From the NCBI GenBank assembly GCA_038064575.1, contig JBBTST010000012.1, forward strand, positions 32 through 64,031: a stretch of DNA of 64,000 bases, read 5' to 3'. Shown here piece after piece: positions 22,573-32,297 of this stretch. Source of the stretch: Patescibacteria group bacterium (lineage in GTDB: Bacteria; Patescibacteriota; WWE3; UBA101185; 2-01-FULL-41-18). The translations under genes were made by a program, and so were the position numbers. The notes beneath the pieces were generated by a model that saw only the letters and a list, made by a program, of their open reading frames with translations, searched no databases and had not been told where the DNA came from. Within the stretch, counting starts at the first letter, position 1. Every line of letters starts with the position of its first letter.

Positions 22573-22856
22573 AAAGTATAAAACAAATTCTTGAAGAGAA
22601 GGGAATAAATCGTAATTATAGAAATAGCTTTGAACATCAAGCCTATGGAAATGCTTTGGCTGAAGAGCTGGGCGACCTAAAACACAGAGCACTGTATATC
22701 AAATATGCTAAAACTGTTGATAGAAGGCTCCTTGAAATAGCAAGAGAGTTTATAAGGGGGGTGGAAAAATTAAAAAGCGGCAGCAAGGCCAGGCTCTTTA
22801 TGTGGAAACTCAAAACTTTGAAAGATGGAAAAATAAAGAATAAACCTGTGAACTAG
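22569..22856 (+). CDS. Small basic hypothetical protein
   Basis: 95-aa ORF overlapping ligase stop (ATGA). Confidence 0.7.
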   Translation: MKSIKQILEEKGINRNYRNSFEHQAYGNALAEELGDLKHRALYIKYAKTVDRRLLEIAREFIRGVEKLKSGSKARLFMWKLKTLKDGKIKNKPVN

Positions 22857-22906
22857 CCCAATATAGGTATTAACTTTTTTCAAATAAGTGCTATTCTTAG
22901 TAGTAG

Positions 22907-23464
22907 ATGAGTCTTTTCAAAAAGATTTTGACTACATATAAGGTAAATTTTGTTATATCTTCCACTTTAGCGGGTGTGCTGATTCTTCTTTCTCCTCAAA
23001 AAGACGTGCTTAGTATACTTGGAATTGTTTTTGGGGTATTTGTGGGGACTTTTATTCTTGACGCTGAGTTTTTCACCTACTCTTATGTCACAAACCCTAC
23101 AGAGGAGTTTTCTCAAGGCTTAAGAGCCTTGATGGGCCAAAAAAATTACGCCGGAGCGTTAGCATATATCAGAACAAACAGACAAAATGTTGATGGGAGC
23201 ATGACAAGAAGCGTTGTATTTCAGATTGTTCTGTTTATGCTGTCTTTATACGTGATAATGACTCTTGAAAACTCTTTCAGCCTGGCCTTTGTGCTCTCAG
23301 CCTTCATTGAGTCGGTTTATCAGATGTTTGAAGACTTTTCACAAAAGGGAAGCGCAGCAAGTTGGTTTTGGCTTTTCAAAGAATGCCCCTCAAAAAAAGC
23401 TCAAAATATCTATCTTTACGCACTTTGCGGGAGCATTGTCTTCATTCTTGCCCTTCTGTCCTAA
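22907..23464 (+). CDS. Hypothetical membrane protein
   Basis: Several hydrophobic segments. Confidence 0.75.
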   Translation: MSLFKKILTTYKVNFVISSTLAGVLILLSPQKDVLSILGIVFGVFVGTFILDAEFFTYSYVTNPTEEFSQGLRALMGQKNYAGALAYIRTNRQNVDGSMTRSVVFQIVLFMLSLYVIMTLENSFSLAFVLSAFIESVYQMFEDFSQKGSAASWFWLFKECPSKKAQNIYLYALCGSIVFILALLS

Positions 23465-23490
23465 ACTTACTGCCAAAACTGTAAAAATGT

Positions 23491-24264
23491 ATGTATGGAA
23501 TTGTAGTCACACTAGGAATACTTATAAGTCTTTGGCTTTGTGAAAAAGACTGGCAGGAAATTGATAAAAATCCTGAAGAAATGTGGGATTTAACCCTGAT
23601 AATGATAGTTTTTGGGATAGTAGGTGCCAGAATTTTCCATGTAATTGACTATTGGGAGATATATAGTGGCGATTACAAGTTAATCTTTGAGCTTTGGAAT
23701 GGCGGGCTTGGGATATTTGGGGCCGTAGTTGGCGGTCTTTTAGGTTTAGTAGTCTTTTCAATACTCAACAGATACACCTTTCAGAAAGTTTTAAAAATAT
23801 TGGACATTGTAGCTTATGGTCTTCCCTTAGCACAATTTATTGGGAGATGGGCAAACTACTTTAATAACGAACTTTATGGAAAACCTACTAACCTCCCCTG
23901 GAAAGTTTATATTCCAATTCAAAATAGGCCCATAGAGTATCTTGGAGAAAATTTCTTTCATCCATTATTTTTATATGAATCGTTGGCTTGTTTATTGCTT
24001 TTCTTTTTTATCTATTCAGTTAAGCATAAAGTACTCTTAAAAAACACAAATTTTATTGACGGTGATTTATTTTTAATGTATGTTTCCTACTACGGGTTAT
24101 TACGATACTTCCTTGAAGGGCTTAGGATAGTTCATTTTGAGATAGGAGCTTTCAATGTAGTTCAAGTATTATCTATTGGATTTGCAGGTTTATCACTTAT
24201 AGCCCTTTTGTATAGAAGATTTAGAAAGAAAGCTTATGGAACAAAGAGAATTAAAGCTACCTAA
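23491..24264 (+). CDS. lgt: Prolipoprotein diacylglyceryl transferase
   Basis: GARIFHV, GGLGIFG, GRWANYFNNELYG, HPLFLYES. Confidence 0.94.
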   Translation: MYGIVVTLGILISLWLCEKDWQEIDKNPEEMWDLTLIMIVFGIVGARIFHVIDYWEIYSGDYKLIFELWNGGLGIFGAVVGGLLGLVVFSILNRYTFQKVLKILDIVAYGLPLAQFIGRWANYFNNELYGKPTNLPWKVYIPIQNRPIEYLGENFFHPLFLYESLACLLLFFFIYSVKHKVLLKNTNFIDGDLFLMYVSYYGLLRYFLEGLRIVHFEIGAFNVVQVLSIGFAGLSLIALLYRRFRKKAYGTKRIKAT

Positions 24265-24967
24265 TGCCATTTTTGCTGTAGGGGTTTTACTATCGGCCTC
24301 AATTATTTTACACGCTGTAATAATCAAGGGAAGCGTGGAGCTTCCAACTTTGAAGAAGGCTACCACTGAAAAACAAAACGTGATTGCTCCCACTGATACG
24401 GTAAATGTGGGTGAAAACACACCTACTGTACCGGCAACTATTGATGATGACCCTATTCTTGGAAACAAAGATGCCAAAGTCACTATTATTGAATTTTCTG
24501 ACTTCCAATGTCCTTTTTGTAAAAGACTTTTTGATGCGGCGGTGGTGAACATTAAAAAAGACTATATAGATACGGGAAAAGCAAGATTGGTGTTTAGAGA
24601 TTTTCCTCTTTCCTTTCATCCCAACGCTGAAATTTCTGCTATAGCTGGGGAATGTGCAGACGAACAGGGAAAATTTTGGAATTTCCATGATATGCTCTTT
24701 ACAAAACAGGACGATTGGTCTCCCCTTCCAAAAGATGATGCGAAGTCAAAATTTGGTGAGTATGCACAAAGTCTTGGCATGAATGTTGGAAGCTTTAATA
24801 ATTGTGTTTCTAGTGAAAAATATAAGGACGAGGTTCAAAAAGATTCGAATGATGGCAGTGCTTCCGGAGTTAGTGGAACACCAACTCTATTTATTAACGG
24901 CAAGACTATAGTTGGAGCACAACCTTATGAAACAATTAAAGCTGCCATTGAAGAAGCTTTAAAGTAA
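24236..24967 (+). CDS. DsbA-family thiol-disulfide oxidoreductase
   Basis: EFSDFQCPFC, GVSGTPT, N-terminal TM anchor. Confidence 0.92.
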   Translation: MEQRELKLPNAIFAVGVLLSASIILHAVIIKGSVELPTLKKATTEKQNVIAPTDTVNVGENTPTVPATIDDDPILGNKDAKVTIIEFSDFQCPFCKRLFDAAVVNIKKDYIDTGKARLVFRDFPLSFHPNAEISAIAGECADEQGKFWNFHDMLFTKQDDWSPLPKDDAKSKFGEYAQSLGMNVGSFNNCVSSEKYKDEVQKDSNDGSASGVSGTPTLFINGKTIVGAQPYETIKAAIEEALK

Positions 24968-25354
24968 ATGACTGATAAAAGACAGCTTGCTACTCTTTTA
25001 ATAGCAGTATTAGGACTTGTAGTTTCCTTGTACTTAACTTTTGTGAAGTTGACCAATTCTCCTATTGTTTGTGGGTTTGGAAGTTGTGAAGTAGTTCAGG
25101 CAAGCCCTTATGCAAACTTTCTGGGGATTCCTATTGCTTTCTTGGGAGTTTCTTTCTATCTTATCCTTTTCATTTTGGCTTACTACCAAAATACAAAAAT
25201 ACTTAAATCCTGGACGCTGCTTGGCCTATTATTCTCAGTATACTTAACCGGAATTGAAGTATTTGTAATCAAGGCTATTTGTTTTTGGTGTGTAATATCA
25301 GCCTTACTTGCAACAAGTGCTTTCCTGTTAGCAACTTCTTTGAAAGAAGCTTAA
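24968..25354 (+). CDS. Vitamin K epoxide reductase (VKOR) family protein
   Basis: CGFGSCEVVQAS loop and CFWC, four TM segments, next to DsbA. Confidence 0.9.
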   Translation: MTDKRQLATLLIAVLGLVVSLYLTFVKLTNSPIVCGFGSCEVVQASPYANFLGIPIAFLGVSFYLILFILAYYQNTKILKSWTLLGLLFSVYLTGIEVFVIKAICFWCVISALLATSAFLLATSLKEA

Positions 25355-25375
25355 AAGCTTTGTATTATAACTAAT

Positions 25376-25825
25376 ATGAAAGTTTACATCTCTTCCGACC
25401 ACGGCGGTTTTAATCTTAAGAATTTAATTTTTAAATATCTTAGAAACAAAGGCTATGACATTATAGATTTAGGTCCCAAAGAGTTAAATCCAACTGACGA
25501 TTTTCCTATTTTCACAAAACCTGTAGCAGAAGAAGTTTCAAAAGATGTTAACTCCAAAGGCATTGTCATTTGCAGAAATGGTGTGGGAGTTTCAATTGCA
25601 GCCAATAAAATAGACGGGATAAGATGTGCGCTGTCATTCAATCAAAAACATGCTGCTTCAACTAGAAAAGATGATGACACAAATATGCTCGCTCTTCCTG
25701 CTGATTACTTAAGCCATGAGGATGCTTTGAGAATTATTGATACTTGGTTAACAACACCCTTCTCACAAGAAGAGCGCTTTGAAAGACGTATAGAAGAAAT
25801 AAAGAAGTTAGAGAAGGAAAGCTGA
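25376..25825 (+). CDS. rpiB: Ribose-5-phosphate isomerase B
   Basis: SDHGG, ICRNGVGVSIAANK. Confidence 0.92.
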   Translation: MKVYISSDHGGFNLKNLIFKYLRNKGYDIIDLGPKELNPTDDFPIFTKPVAEEVSKDVNSKGIVICRNGVGVSIAANKIDGIRCALSFNQKHAASTRKDDDTNMLALPADYLSHEDALRIIDTWLTTPFSQEERFERRIEEIKKLEKES

Positions 25826-25826
25826 A

Positions 25827-26492
25827 GTGCAAAGTTCTATTGAGGAGAAAAAAGTTAAAATAATTCCCGGGATTTTAGTAAGTGACCTGGAAACCATTAA
25901 GAAGCGTATTGCAATGGTTGATAGTTATGCTTACAAAATCCAAATAGATGTTGAAGATGGCTCTTTCACACAAAATACCACTTATACCAATATTAAGGAA
26001 ATTGAAAATGTTGTCTCAAAAACTCCTCTTGAGCTTCATCTAATGGTTCAAAATCCAAGAAGATTTCTTCCCACAAAACTTATACCTGTTAATAAGGTAC
26101 TAGTTCATGTTGAGGCAAGTCTTTTTGAAAGAGATGTATTGGAAGAAATAAGAGACAGAGGTTTTGAAACAGGCCTGGCAGTTAACCCTGAAACTATGCT
26201 TTATGAAATTGAACCCTTCTTGGAAATATGCGGTTGTGTTCAGTTTATGACCATTCACCCGGGCTTCTCAGGAGATAAGCTCCTGCCTAAAGTTCTTGAA
26301 AAGATCAAAGAATTTAGTCTGATGTATCCTGATATACCAATAGAGGTAGACGGAGGAATACACAAAGAAAATATTCTTGAAGTTGTAAAATCCGGTGCTA
26401 CACTTCTTGAAGTCAATAGTGCAGTTTTTGGTAATGACAGAAATCCTTTGGAAAACATAAAGGAGTTAGAGCTGCTTTGCAAAAATTTATGA
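25827..26492 (+). CDS. rpe: Ribulose-phosphate 3-epimerase
   Basis: DVEDG, HLMV, MTIHPGFSG, VDGGI. Confidence 0.88.
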   Translation: MQSSIEEKKVKIIPGILVSDLETIKKRIAMVDSYAYKIQIDVEDGSFTQNTTYTNIKEIENVVSKTPLELHLMVQNPRRFLPTKLIPVNKVLVHVEASLFERDVLEEIRDRGFETGLAVNPETMLYEIEPFLEICGCVQFMTIHPGFSGDKLLPKVLEKIKEFSLMYPDIPIEVDGGIHKENILEVVKSGATLLEVNSAVFGNDRNPLENIKELELLCKNL

Positions 26493-27070
26493 TAATCAAA
26501 ACAATCACAATTTTAGGAGGTGCTGAATGGAAAGAAGATGAGGCTGTTTATAAAGAGACTTTTACAGTCTGTAAGGCTCTTGCTCTGAGCGGCTACAAAA
26601 TTTGCAATGGGGGTGGCCCCGGGGTAATGAGGGCAGCAACAGAAGGGGCTCACGAAGGCGGCGGGAAAGTGATTGGAGTTACTATGCACCCAAAGTATCA
26701 CCACCCTCACTTTGAGGGGCGGGATCCAGACAATAACTTTGATGAGGAGGTAGACTGCGGCGGGGACTATTTTGATAGGACTAAAAGACTTCTGCAGCTT
26801 GGCGATGTCCACATGGTTTTTAAAGGGGGAACGGGAACAATCAGCGAGTTTGGCATGAGTTGGGCCGTGTCAAGAATTCATGAAGGGCACAATAAACCAA
26901 TGCTTCTTTACGGAAATTTCTGGAAAGACATTATTGAGGCCTTCAAAACTCATATGTATATGAGGCCGGATGAATTCAAACTTTATAAAATTGCTACCAG
27001 TTCTGAAGAAGTTTTGCATTTTGTCAAAGATCTGGAAAGTCTTGAATCCCCGTTTCCAGTTCCACAATAA
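26489..27070 (+). CDS. LOG-family nucleotide phosphoribohydrolase-like protein
   Basis: GGGPGVMRA, GGTGTISE. Confidence 0.85.
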   Translation: MIIKTITILGGAEWKEDEAVYKETFTVCKALALSGYKICNGGGPGVMRAATEGAHEGGGKVIGVTMHPKYHHPHFEGRDPDNNFDEEVDCGGDYFDRTKRLLQLGDVHMVFKGGTGTISEFGMSWAVSRIHEGHNKPMLLYGNFWKDIIEAFKTHMYMRPDEFKLYKIATSSEEVLHFVKDLESLESPFPVPQ

Positions 27071-27112
27071 CAATTATTGAGTTTCAAGCTTCTTTCTTTT
27101 ATACTTTGCTTA

Positions 27113-27973
27113 ATGTCCGAACAAAGCAATCTTACTCTTAACCTTGAAAAAACAGCAGATGAAATTCGCCAGTCTGTTATAAAAATGCTTGTTGAAGCAA
27201 AATCGGGGCATGTTGCAGGGCCTTTAGATATGGCTGATGTTTTTACAGCCTTATACTTTCACATTTTAAATATTGATCCGGAAAACCCTCTTAAAGCAGA
27301 TAGAGACCGAGTGATGCTCTCAAACGGACATATTTGTCCGGTCTGGTACGCAACACTGGCTCATAGAGGTTTCCTCCCACTAAGCGAACTCTCAACTTTG
27401 AGAAAGCTTGGCACAAGGCTGCAGGGTCACCCCCATATTTATGAACCCCCGGGAATAGATGCGTCGGCGGGTCCTCTGGGTCAAGGGTTATCACAAGCTA
27501 TTGGCATGGCTCTTGCTTATAGAATGGACGGGCTTAACCACGCCAGAATCTACTGTCTTGGCTCAGACGCAGAAATTCAAGAAGGTCAGATCTGGGAAGC
27601 AGCTATGTTTGCGGGAAATAAAAGACTGAATAACCTGACATGGATTATTGACAGGAATAATATTCAAATAGACGGTTTTACAGAAAACATTATGCCCATA
27701 GAACCCCTAAGAGATAAACTAGAGGCTTTTAATTGGTATGTTCTGGAAATTGACGGGCATAATTTTGATGAAATAATAGCCTCATGTAACCACGCAAAAG
27801 CAATTTATGAGCGCCCCACTGTTATTATTGCACACACAATTGCCGGAAAAGGTGTTGACTTTATGGAATATAAATTTGAGTGGCACTCCAAAACGTTTAA
27901 GCCCGGGGAAGCTGAAAAGGCTCTTGATGAGTTAAGAACATTACAGGGTAAAATTGCAAGCGAGCATCAGTAA
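27113..27973 (+). CDS. Transketolase, N-terminal subunit
   Basis: SGH, LSNGH, LQGHP, GPLGQG, EGQIWEAA...NN TPP-binding region. Confidence 0.93.
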   Translation: MSEQSNLTLNLEKTADEIRQSVIKMLVEAKSGHVAGPLDMADVFTALYFHILNIDPENPLKADRDRVMLSNGHICPVWYATLAHRGFLPLSELSTLRKLGTRLQGHPHIYEPPGIDASAGPLGQGLSQAIGMALAYRMDGLNHARIYCLGSDAEIQEGQIWEAAMFAGNKRLNNLTWIIDRNNIQIDGFTENIMPIEPLRDKLEAFNWYVLEIDGHNFDEIIASCNHAKAIYERPTVIIAHTIAGKGVDFMEYKFEWHSKTFKPGEAEKALDELRTLQGKIASEHQ

Positions 27974-27991
27974 TTTTTTAAAAAGGAGGCT

Positions 27992-28528
27992 TTGACTATG
28001 ACACAAAAAACTAAACATAACAGCGGGAATATTTTAATATTTGTAATTCTTGGGATTATTGCACTACTTATAGGTTTAAAGTTTTTTGGCCCAAAACTTG
28101 GGTTAAAGCTTTTTAAAGAAAACGATAACTCCATTGAATACTCCCATGTTGAGGGCTTTCCAAAAGTGATAAAGGTAAATGAGGATGTAAACAAAACAAG
28201 GCTTGTGATAACTGACGAGCAAAAGTTAAAAGAAGCCTTAGCTGCCATAGACAAAAACGGTGAAATAAAATTTCCTAAAATAAACTTTGAGAGAAAAATG
28301 GCTCTTCTTGTTACCTCCAAAACCAGACAAGGCGGGGGTTATGAGACACGAATCAAGAAAATAGTACAGGACAAGGATGACCTTGTTGTGGAAATCAGAG
28401 ATACTGAGCCCGGAGACACCTGTATAAATACTGAAGAGCTTAATCTGCCTGTGGATCTGGTGCTACTGGATAAGACTGATCTTACAATTGAGTTTCAGGT
28501 TAGAACTTATACAAAGGAGTGTAACTAA
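27992..28528 (+). CDS. Membrane-anchored PrcB-like protein
   Basis: N-terminal TM; GGGYETRI...PGDTC resembles the PrcB C-terminal domain; AGGAGG upstream. Confidence 0.6.
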   Translation: MTMTQKTKHNSGNILIFVILGIIALLIGLKFFGPKLGLKLFKENDNSIEYSHVEGFPKVIKVNEDVNKTRLVITDEQKLKEALAAIDKNGEIKFPKINFERKMALLVTSKTRQGGGYETRIKKIVQDKDDLVVEIRDTEPGDTCINTEELNLPVDLVLLDKTDLTIEFQVRTYTKECN

Positions 28529-28536
28529 AACAGTAT

Positions 28537-29505
28537 ATGAATCTAGTAGAAAGTTTGTTCAGCCCAGATATTAAACAACTTCCCAATCGAGACGGTTTTG
28601 GGGAAGGTTTACTAATAGCTGGTGAGGAAGATCCAAATGTAGTAGCTCTTTCCGGAGATCTGACTGAATCAACAAGGCTTGATGGCTTTGCTAAGAAATT
28701 CCCAGATAGGTTTTTTGAGGTAGGAGTTGCCGAGCAAAACATGATGGGCATATCTGCAGGACTGGCAATCTGCGGTAAAGTTCCCTTTTTGACCTCTTAT
28801 GCTGTTTTTATGCCGGGCCGAAATTGGGATCAACTAAGAGTGTCTGTCTGCTATTCAAAGGCAAATGTTAAGATAATAGGCGCACATGCGGGAATTTCCG
28901 TTGGTCCGGATGGAGCAACACACCAGGGACTGGAAGATATGGCAATCACTCGTGTTCTCCCTAACTTGGTAGTTCTAGCGCCTTGCGATTCTGTTGAGGC
29001 AAGAAAAGCAACTCTTGCAGCAGCTAAACACAAAGGACCGGTTTATATAAGACTAGCCAGAGAAAAAACCCCAGTTTTTACAACAGATGAAACCCCTTTT
29101 GAGATTGGTAAAGCTCAGGTTTTAAGAGAGGGAAATGCTTTAACAATAATTGCCTGTGGACCACTTGTATATGAGGCTTTAAAAGCTGCTAATGAACTGC
29201 ACATTGACAAAAATATCAGCTGTGAGGTTGTGAATTGCCCAAGTATTAAGCCTCTTGACAGTCATACTATCATTACCTCCGCTAAAAAAACTAACGCCGT
29301 GATAACAGTGGAGGAGCATCAGATAACAGGAGGGCTTGGCTCCGCAATTTCAGAACTTCTTTCAGAGGAGCACCCTGTCAAAATCAAAAGAATAGGAATG
29401 CCTGACACTTTTGGTGAGTCAGGCCAACCCAACGAGCTTTTAGAAAAATATGGCATGAGTAGTAATCACATTAAGATTGCTGTTAGGAATCTTTTAGGAA
29501 AATAG
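28537..29505 (+). CDS. Transketolase, C-terminal subunit
   Basis: GVAEQNMM, GPDGATHQ, TVEEHQ. Confidence 0.93.
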   Translation: MNLVESLFSPDIKQLPNRDGFGEGLLIAGEEDPNVVALSGDLTESTRLDGFAKKFPDRFFEVGVAEQNMMGISAGLAICGKVPFLTSYAVFMPGRNWDQLRVSVCYSKANVKIIGAHAGISVGPDGATHQGLEDMAITRVLPNLVVLAPCDSVEARKATLAAAKHKGPVYIRLAREKTPVFTTDETPFEIGKAQVLREGNALTIIACGPLVYEALKAANELHIDKNISCEVVNCPSIKPLDSHTIITSAKKTNAVITVEEHQITGGLGSAISELLSEEHPVKIKRIGMPDTFGESGQPNELLEKYGMSSNHIKIAVRNLLGK

Positions 29506-29508
29506 AGT

Positions 29509-30495
29509 ATGTATGATCTCATATCTGTAGGTGACAGTGTAGTTGACGCCTTCATGTTCATAAGCGAGGCTGAGGTTTTGTGCAATTTAAACAAGGACGA
29601 TTGTAGGTTTTGTGTAAGTTATGCTGATAAAGTTCCCGTGGATAAGTTTTTCCTTTGTACGGCGGGTAATGCCTGCAATAACGCAGTTGGGTCTGCAAGA
29701 CTTGGCTTGAAAACTGCAATCTACACTGAGATTGGCAATGACAACAACGGAAAAATGATTGTGGATACTTTTAAAAAAGAGGGGGTGGGCCTTGATTTTG
29801 TCAACTTAGATAAAAACGGAACCACCAATTTACACGCCGTAATTTCTTATGGGGGGGAAAGAACAATCTTTGTTTACCATGCACCTAGAAACTACAAAAT
29901 GCCTCTTATTGACACGCCTCCAAAATGGATCTACTACACTTCTTTATCACAAGGCTTTGACCATTTTCAGGCAGAACTTGTGGTGTATTTAAAAGCCAAC
30001 CCATCAATAAAGCTTGGATTTAATCCCGCAACTTATCACTTAAAAGCCGGCCTTACAGCCATTAAAGATGTAATAGCAAGAACAGACGTTTTATTTGTAA
30101 ATAAAGAAGAAGCAAAAAGACTTTTAGGAATAGACCTTAAAGAAAATGTGCCCATTAGAAACTTACATTTGAAATTACGTGATCTCCAAGCAAAAATAAC
30201 ATCCATCAGCGATGGGCCAAATGGTTCAACAGTCTATGATGGAAATAAATTTTATCAACTTGGTTTATACGATGTTCCAATAGTAGATAGAACAGGTGTT
30301 GGCGATGCTTTTGCAACAGGTTTCATTGCCGCGCTTTTTTATGGCAGAAGTGTTGAAGAGGCAATGAAATGGGGTACATTAAATTCCGCAGGAAAGATCC
30401 AAAAGATAGGTCCTCAGGACGGCTTGCAAACAAAAGAGCAGATTGAAGAAATTTTAAAATCCAATCCTGTTTTTACCCCGACTAACTTACTTTAA
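29509..30495 (+). CDS. PfkB-family carbohydrate kinase
   Basis: GNACNNAVGSARLG, DRTGVGDAF. Confidence 0.9.
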   Translation: MYDLISVGDSVVDAFMFISEAEVLCNLNKDDCRFCVSYADKVPVDKFFLCTAGNACNNAVGSARLGLKTAIYTEIGNDNNGKMIVDTFKKEGVGLDFVNLDKNGTTNLHAVISYGGERTIFVYHAPRNYKMPLIDTPPKWIYYTSLSQGFDHFQAELVVYLKANPSIKLGFNPATYHLKAGLTAIKDVIARTDVLFVNKEEAKRLLGIDLKENVPIRNLHLKLRDLQAKITSISDGPNGSTVYDGNKFYQLGLYDVPIVDRTGVGDAFATGFIAALFYGRSVEEAMKWGTLNSAGKIQKIGPQDGLQTKEQIEEILKSNPVFTPTNLL

Positions 30496-30526
30496 TCACA
30501 ACTAGCAGAATGTTAAACTAAAGCAT

Positions 30527-31387
30527 ATGGAGACATATGAAATATTTAGGAAAGCCAAAGATGGAAAGTATGCAATAGGAGCTTTTAATGCCGCTAATCT
30601 GGAAACTCTTAAAGCAATTGTTCAGGCCGCCCATAAATTAAGAGCGCCTGTAATCATTGAGGCATCAGACGGTGAGGTCAACTTTATTGGAAAAAGGGAA
30701 GTGGTAGCACTAATAAAAATTTACAGGGAAGAGTATAACTTGCCAATAATACTAAATCTGGACCATGCCGGAGACTTGCAGGGCTGTATTGAAGCAATTG
30801 AAGCCGGATTTGACTACATTCACTTTGATGGAAGCAAACTGTCCTATGAAAAAAACGTTGAAATTACAAAAAGAATTGTTGAGGTTGCACATAGCAAGAA
30901 CATACCGGTTGAGGGGGAGATTGATCACATTCAAGGAAGCTCAGCCGATCACAGACAGGAAAATGTCACCGGAGTTCAAAAAAAAGAATTGTATTCAAAC
31001 CCTGTAAGCGCCAGAAAGTTTGTTGATGAAACTTTAGTAGATACATTTGCCTCATTTATTGGCAACGCCCATGGTCTTTATGCAAATGCAAAGAGAATAG
31101 ATATAGCTCTTTTAGGAAGGATAAAAGAAGCCCTTCCTGACAAATTTTTATCTCTTCATGGAGGTTCCGGAATTCCTGATGAAGATATTAAAAGCGCCAT
31201 ATCGCATGGTATTGTAAAAATAAACGTAAATTCCGAGCTAAGAGTTGCTTTTAGAGATGCCCTGAAAAAAGTCATAAATTCAACAGAGGAAGTAGCAATT
31301 TATAAAATCATGCCGGAGGTAATAAAGGCTGTGCAAGACGTTGTGGAAGCAAAAATTAGTTTGTTTGGTTCTGCTAACAAAGCCTAA
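30527..31387 (+). CDS. fba: Class II fructose-bisphosphate aldolase
   Basis: AIGAFN, LDH, GNAHGLY, LHGGSG, KINVNSELR. Confidence 0.93.
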   Translation: METYEIFRKAKDGKYAIGAFNAANLETLKAIVQAAHKLRAPVIIEASDGEVNFIGKREVVALIKIYREEYNLPIILNLDHAGDLQGCIEAIEAGFDYIHFDGSKLSYEKNVEITKRIVEVAHSKNIPVEGEIDHIQGSSADHRQENVTGVQKKELYSNPVSARKFVDETLVDTFASFIGNAHGLYANAKRIDIALLGRIKEALPDKFLSLHGGSGIPDEDIKSAISHGIVKINVNSELRVAFRDALKKVINSTEEVAIYKIMPEVIKAVQDVVEAKISLFGSANKA

Positions 31388-31662
31388 AGAGGTGTTGCTT
31401 CAGGAGCTTTTGTCTTTTCTTTCTTGAGTCTCATCTTAACTTCTTTGGAATCACATTTCATACACTGAAAATTCTCCCCCTCCTTCAGACAGCTGGGGCA
31501 CATATACATCCCATTTTGAAACACAAGCTCTGAGTTCTCACATTGGTTACAGAGGAAAATCACATCTTCCTGAGAAATTAATCCGCATTTTGGACAAATA
31601 AACTCCGCGGAGTCGCTATCCGGCAGTGTTGCATGATGCATATCCTCTGTTAGATATTTCAT
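31384..31662 (-). CDS. Small protein with four CxxC motifs
   Basis: CPKC, CNQC, CPSC, CMKC; AAGGAGG SD upstream. Confidence 0.8.
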   Translation of the reverse strand: MKYLTEDMHHATLPDSDSAEFICPKCGLISQEDVIFLCNQCENSELVFQNGMYMCPSCLKEGENFQCMKCDSKEVKMRLKKEKTKAPEATPL

Positions 31663-31679
31663 AGTACCTCCTTTAAACT

Positions 31680-32240
31680 CTAAGGTCTCGATGGGACCTT
31701 GTTACCATACCAATCGCATATGTCAATATTCTCCACTGTTTTACCCTCCTCAACTTTAACAATACTTGGAGAGTGATCTGTACAGTCAACTGAAAGCCCA
31801 CAAGCTACTGCAGGAGAATATAACCCCCCAAAGTTGGAGTTTTTAGGATAGGCAAAAATCACATACAAACCCACAGGAACTTTTTCTACCAGGTATGTAC
31901 CTTGATTTGCTTTTGTTGATAGGGTTAAAACTGCTCCATCTTCCATATTTTTTACATAAATATCAAGAGGAGGAACGCCTTCACTAGGATAACAAAGCTT
32001 ACCTTTGATTGTTCCCCCAGAAAAGGAAGTATCCATTCCAGGAAACGGCGGGGGTTCATAATCCGCATATTTAATGTCGGGTGGGTTTCCAAGAGTAGCC
32101 TTTGTATCATTTGTATCAACAGACTTTGATAAGCTATTACTAACTTGCGATTTATCAAAAACCTGCAAGTACAAAAGGGCCGTAATAGCACCAAGAAAAA
32201 CAACAATCAAAAACAACCCAGGTTTGGTAACCTTCTTCAC
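31680..32240 (-). CDS. Membrane-anchored exported protein
   Basis: N-terminal TM, four Cys; GTG start at 32240 inferred from a -10 box 7 nt upstream. Confidence 0.7.
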   Translation of the reverse strand: MKKVTKPGLFLIVVFLGAITALLYLQVFDKSQVSNSLSKSVDTNDTKATLGNPPDIKYADYEPPPFPGMDTSFSGGTIKGKLCYPSEGVPPLDIYVKNMEDGAVLTLSTKANQGTYLVEKVPVGLYVIFAYPKNSNFGGLYSPAVACGLSVDCTDHSPSIVKVEEGKTVENIDICDWYGNKVPSRP

Positions 32241-32297
32241 ACTCAAAACTATAACAAAAATATAGCCTCCCATACAAACAGGTGCTAGTATTGAAGC

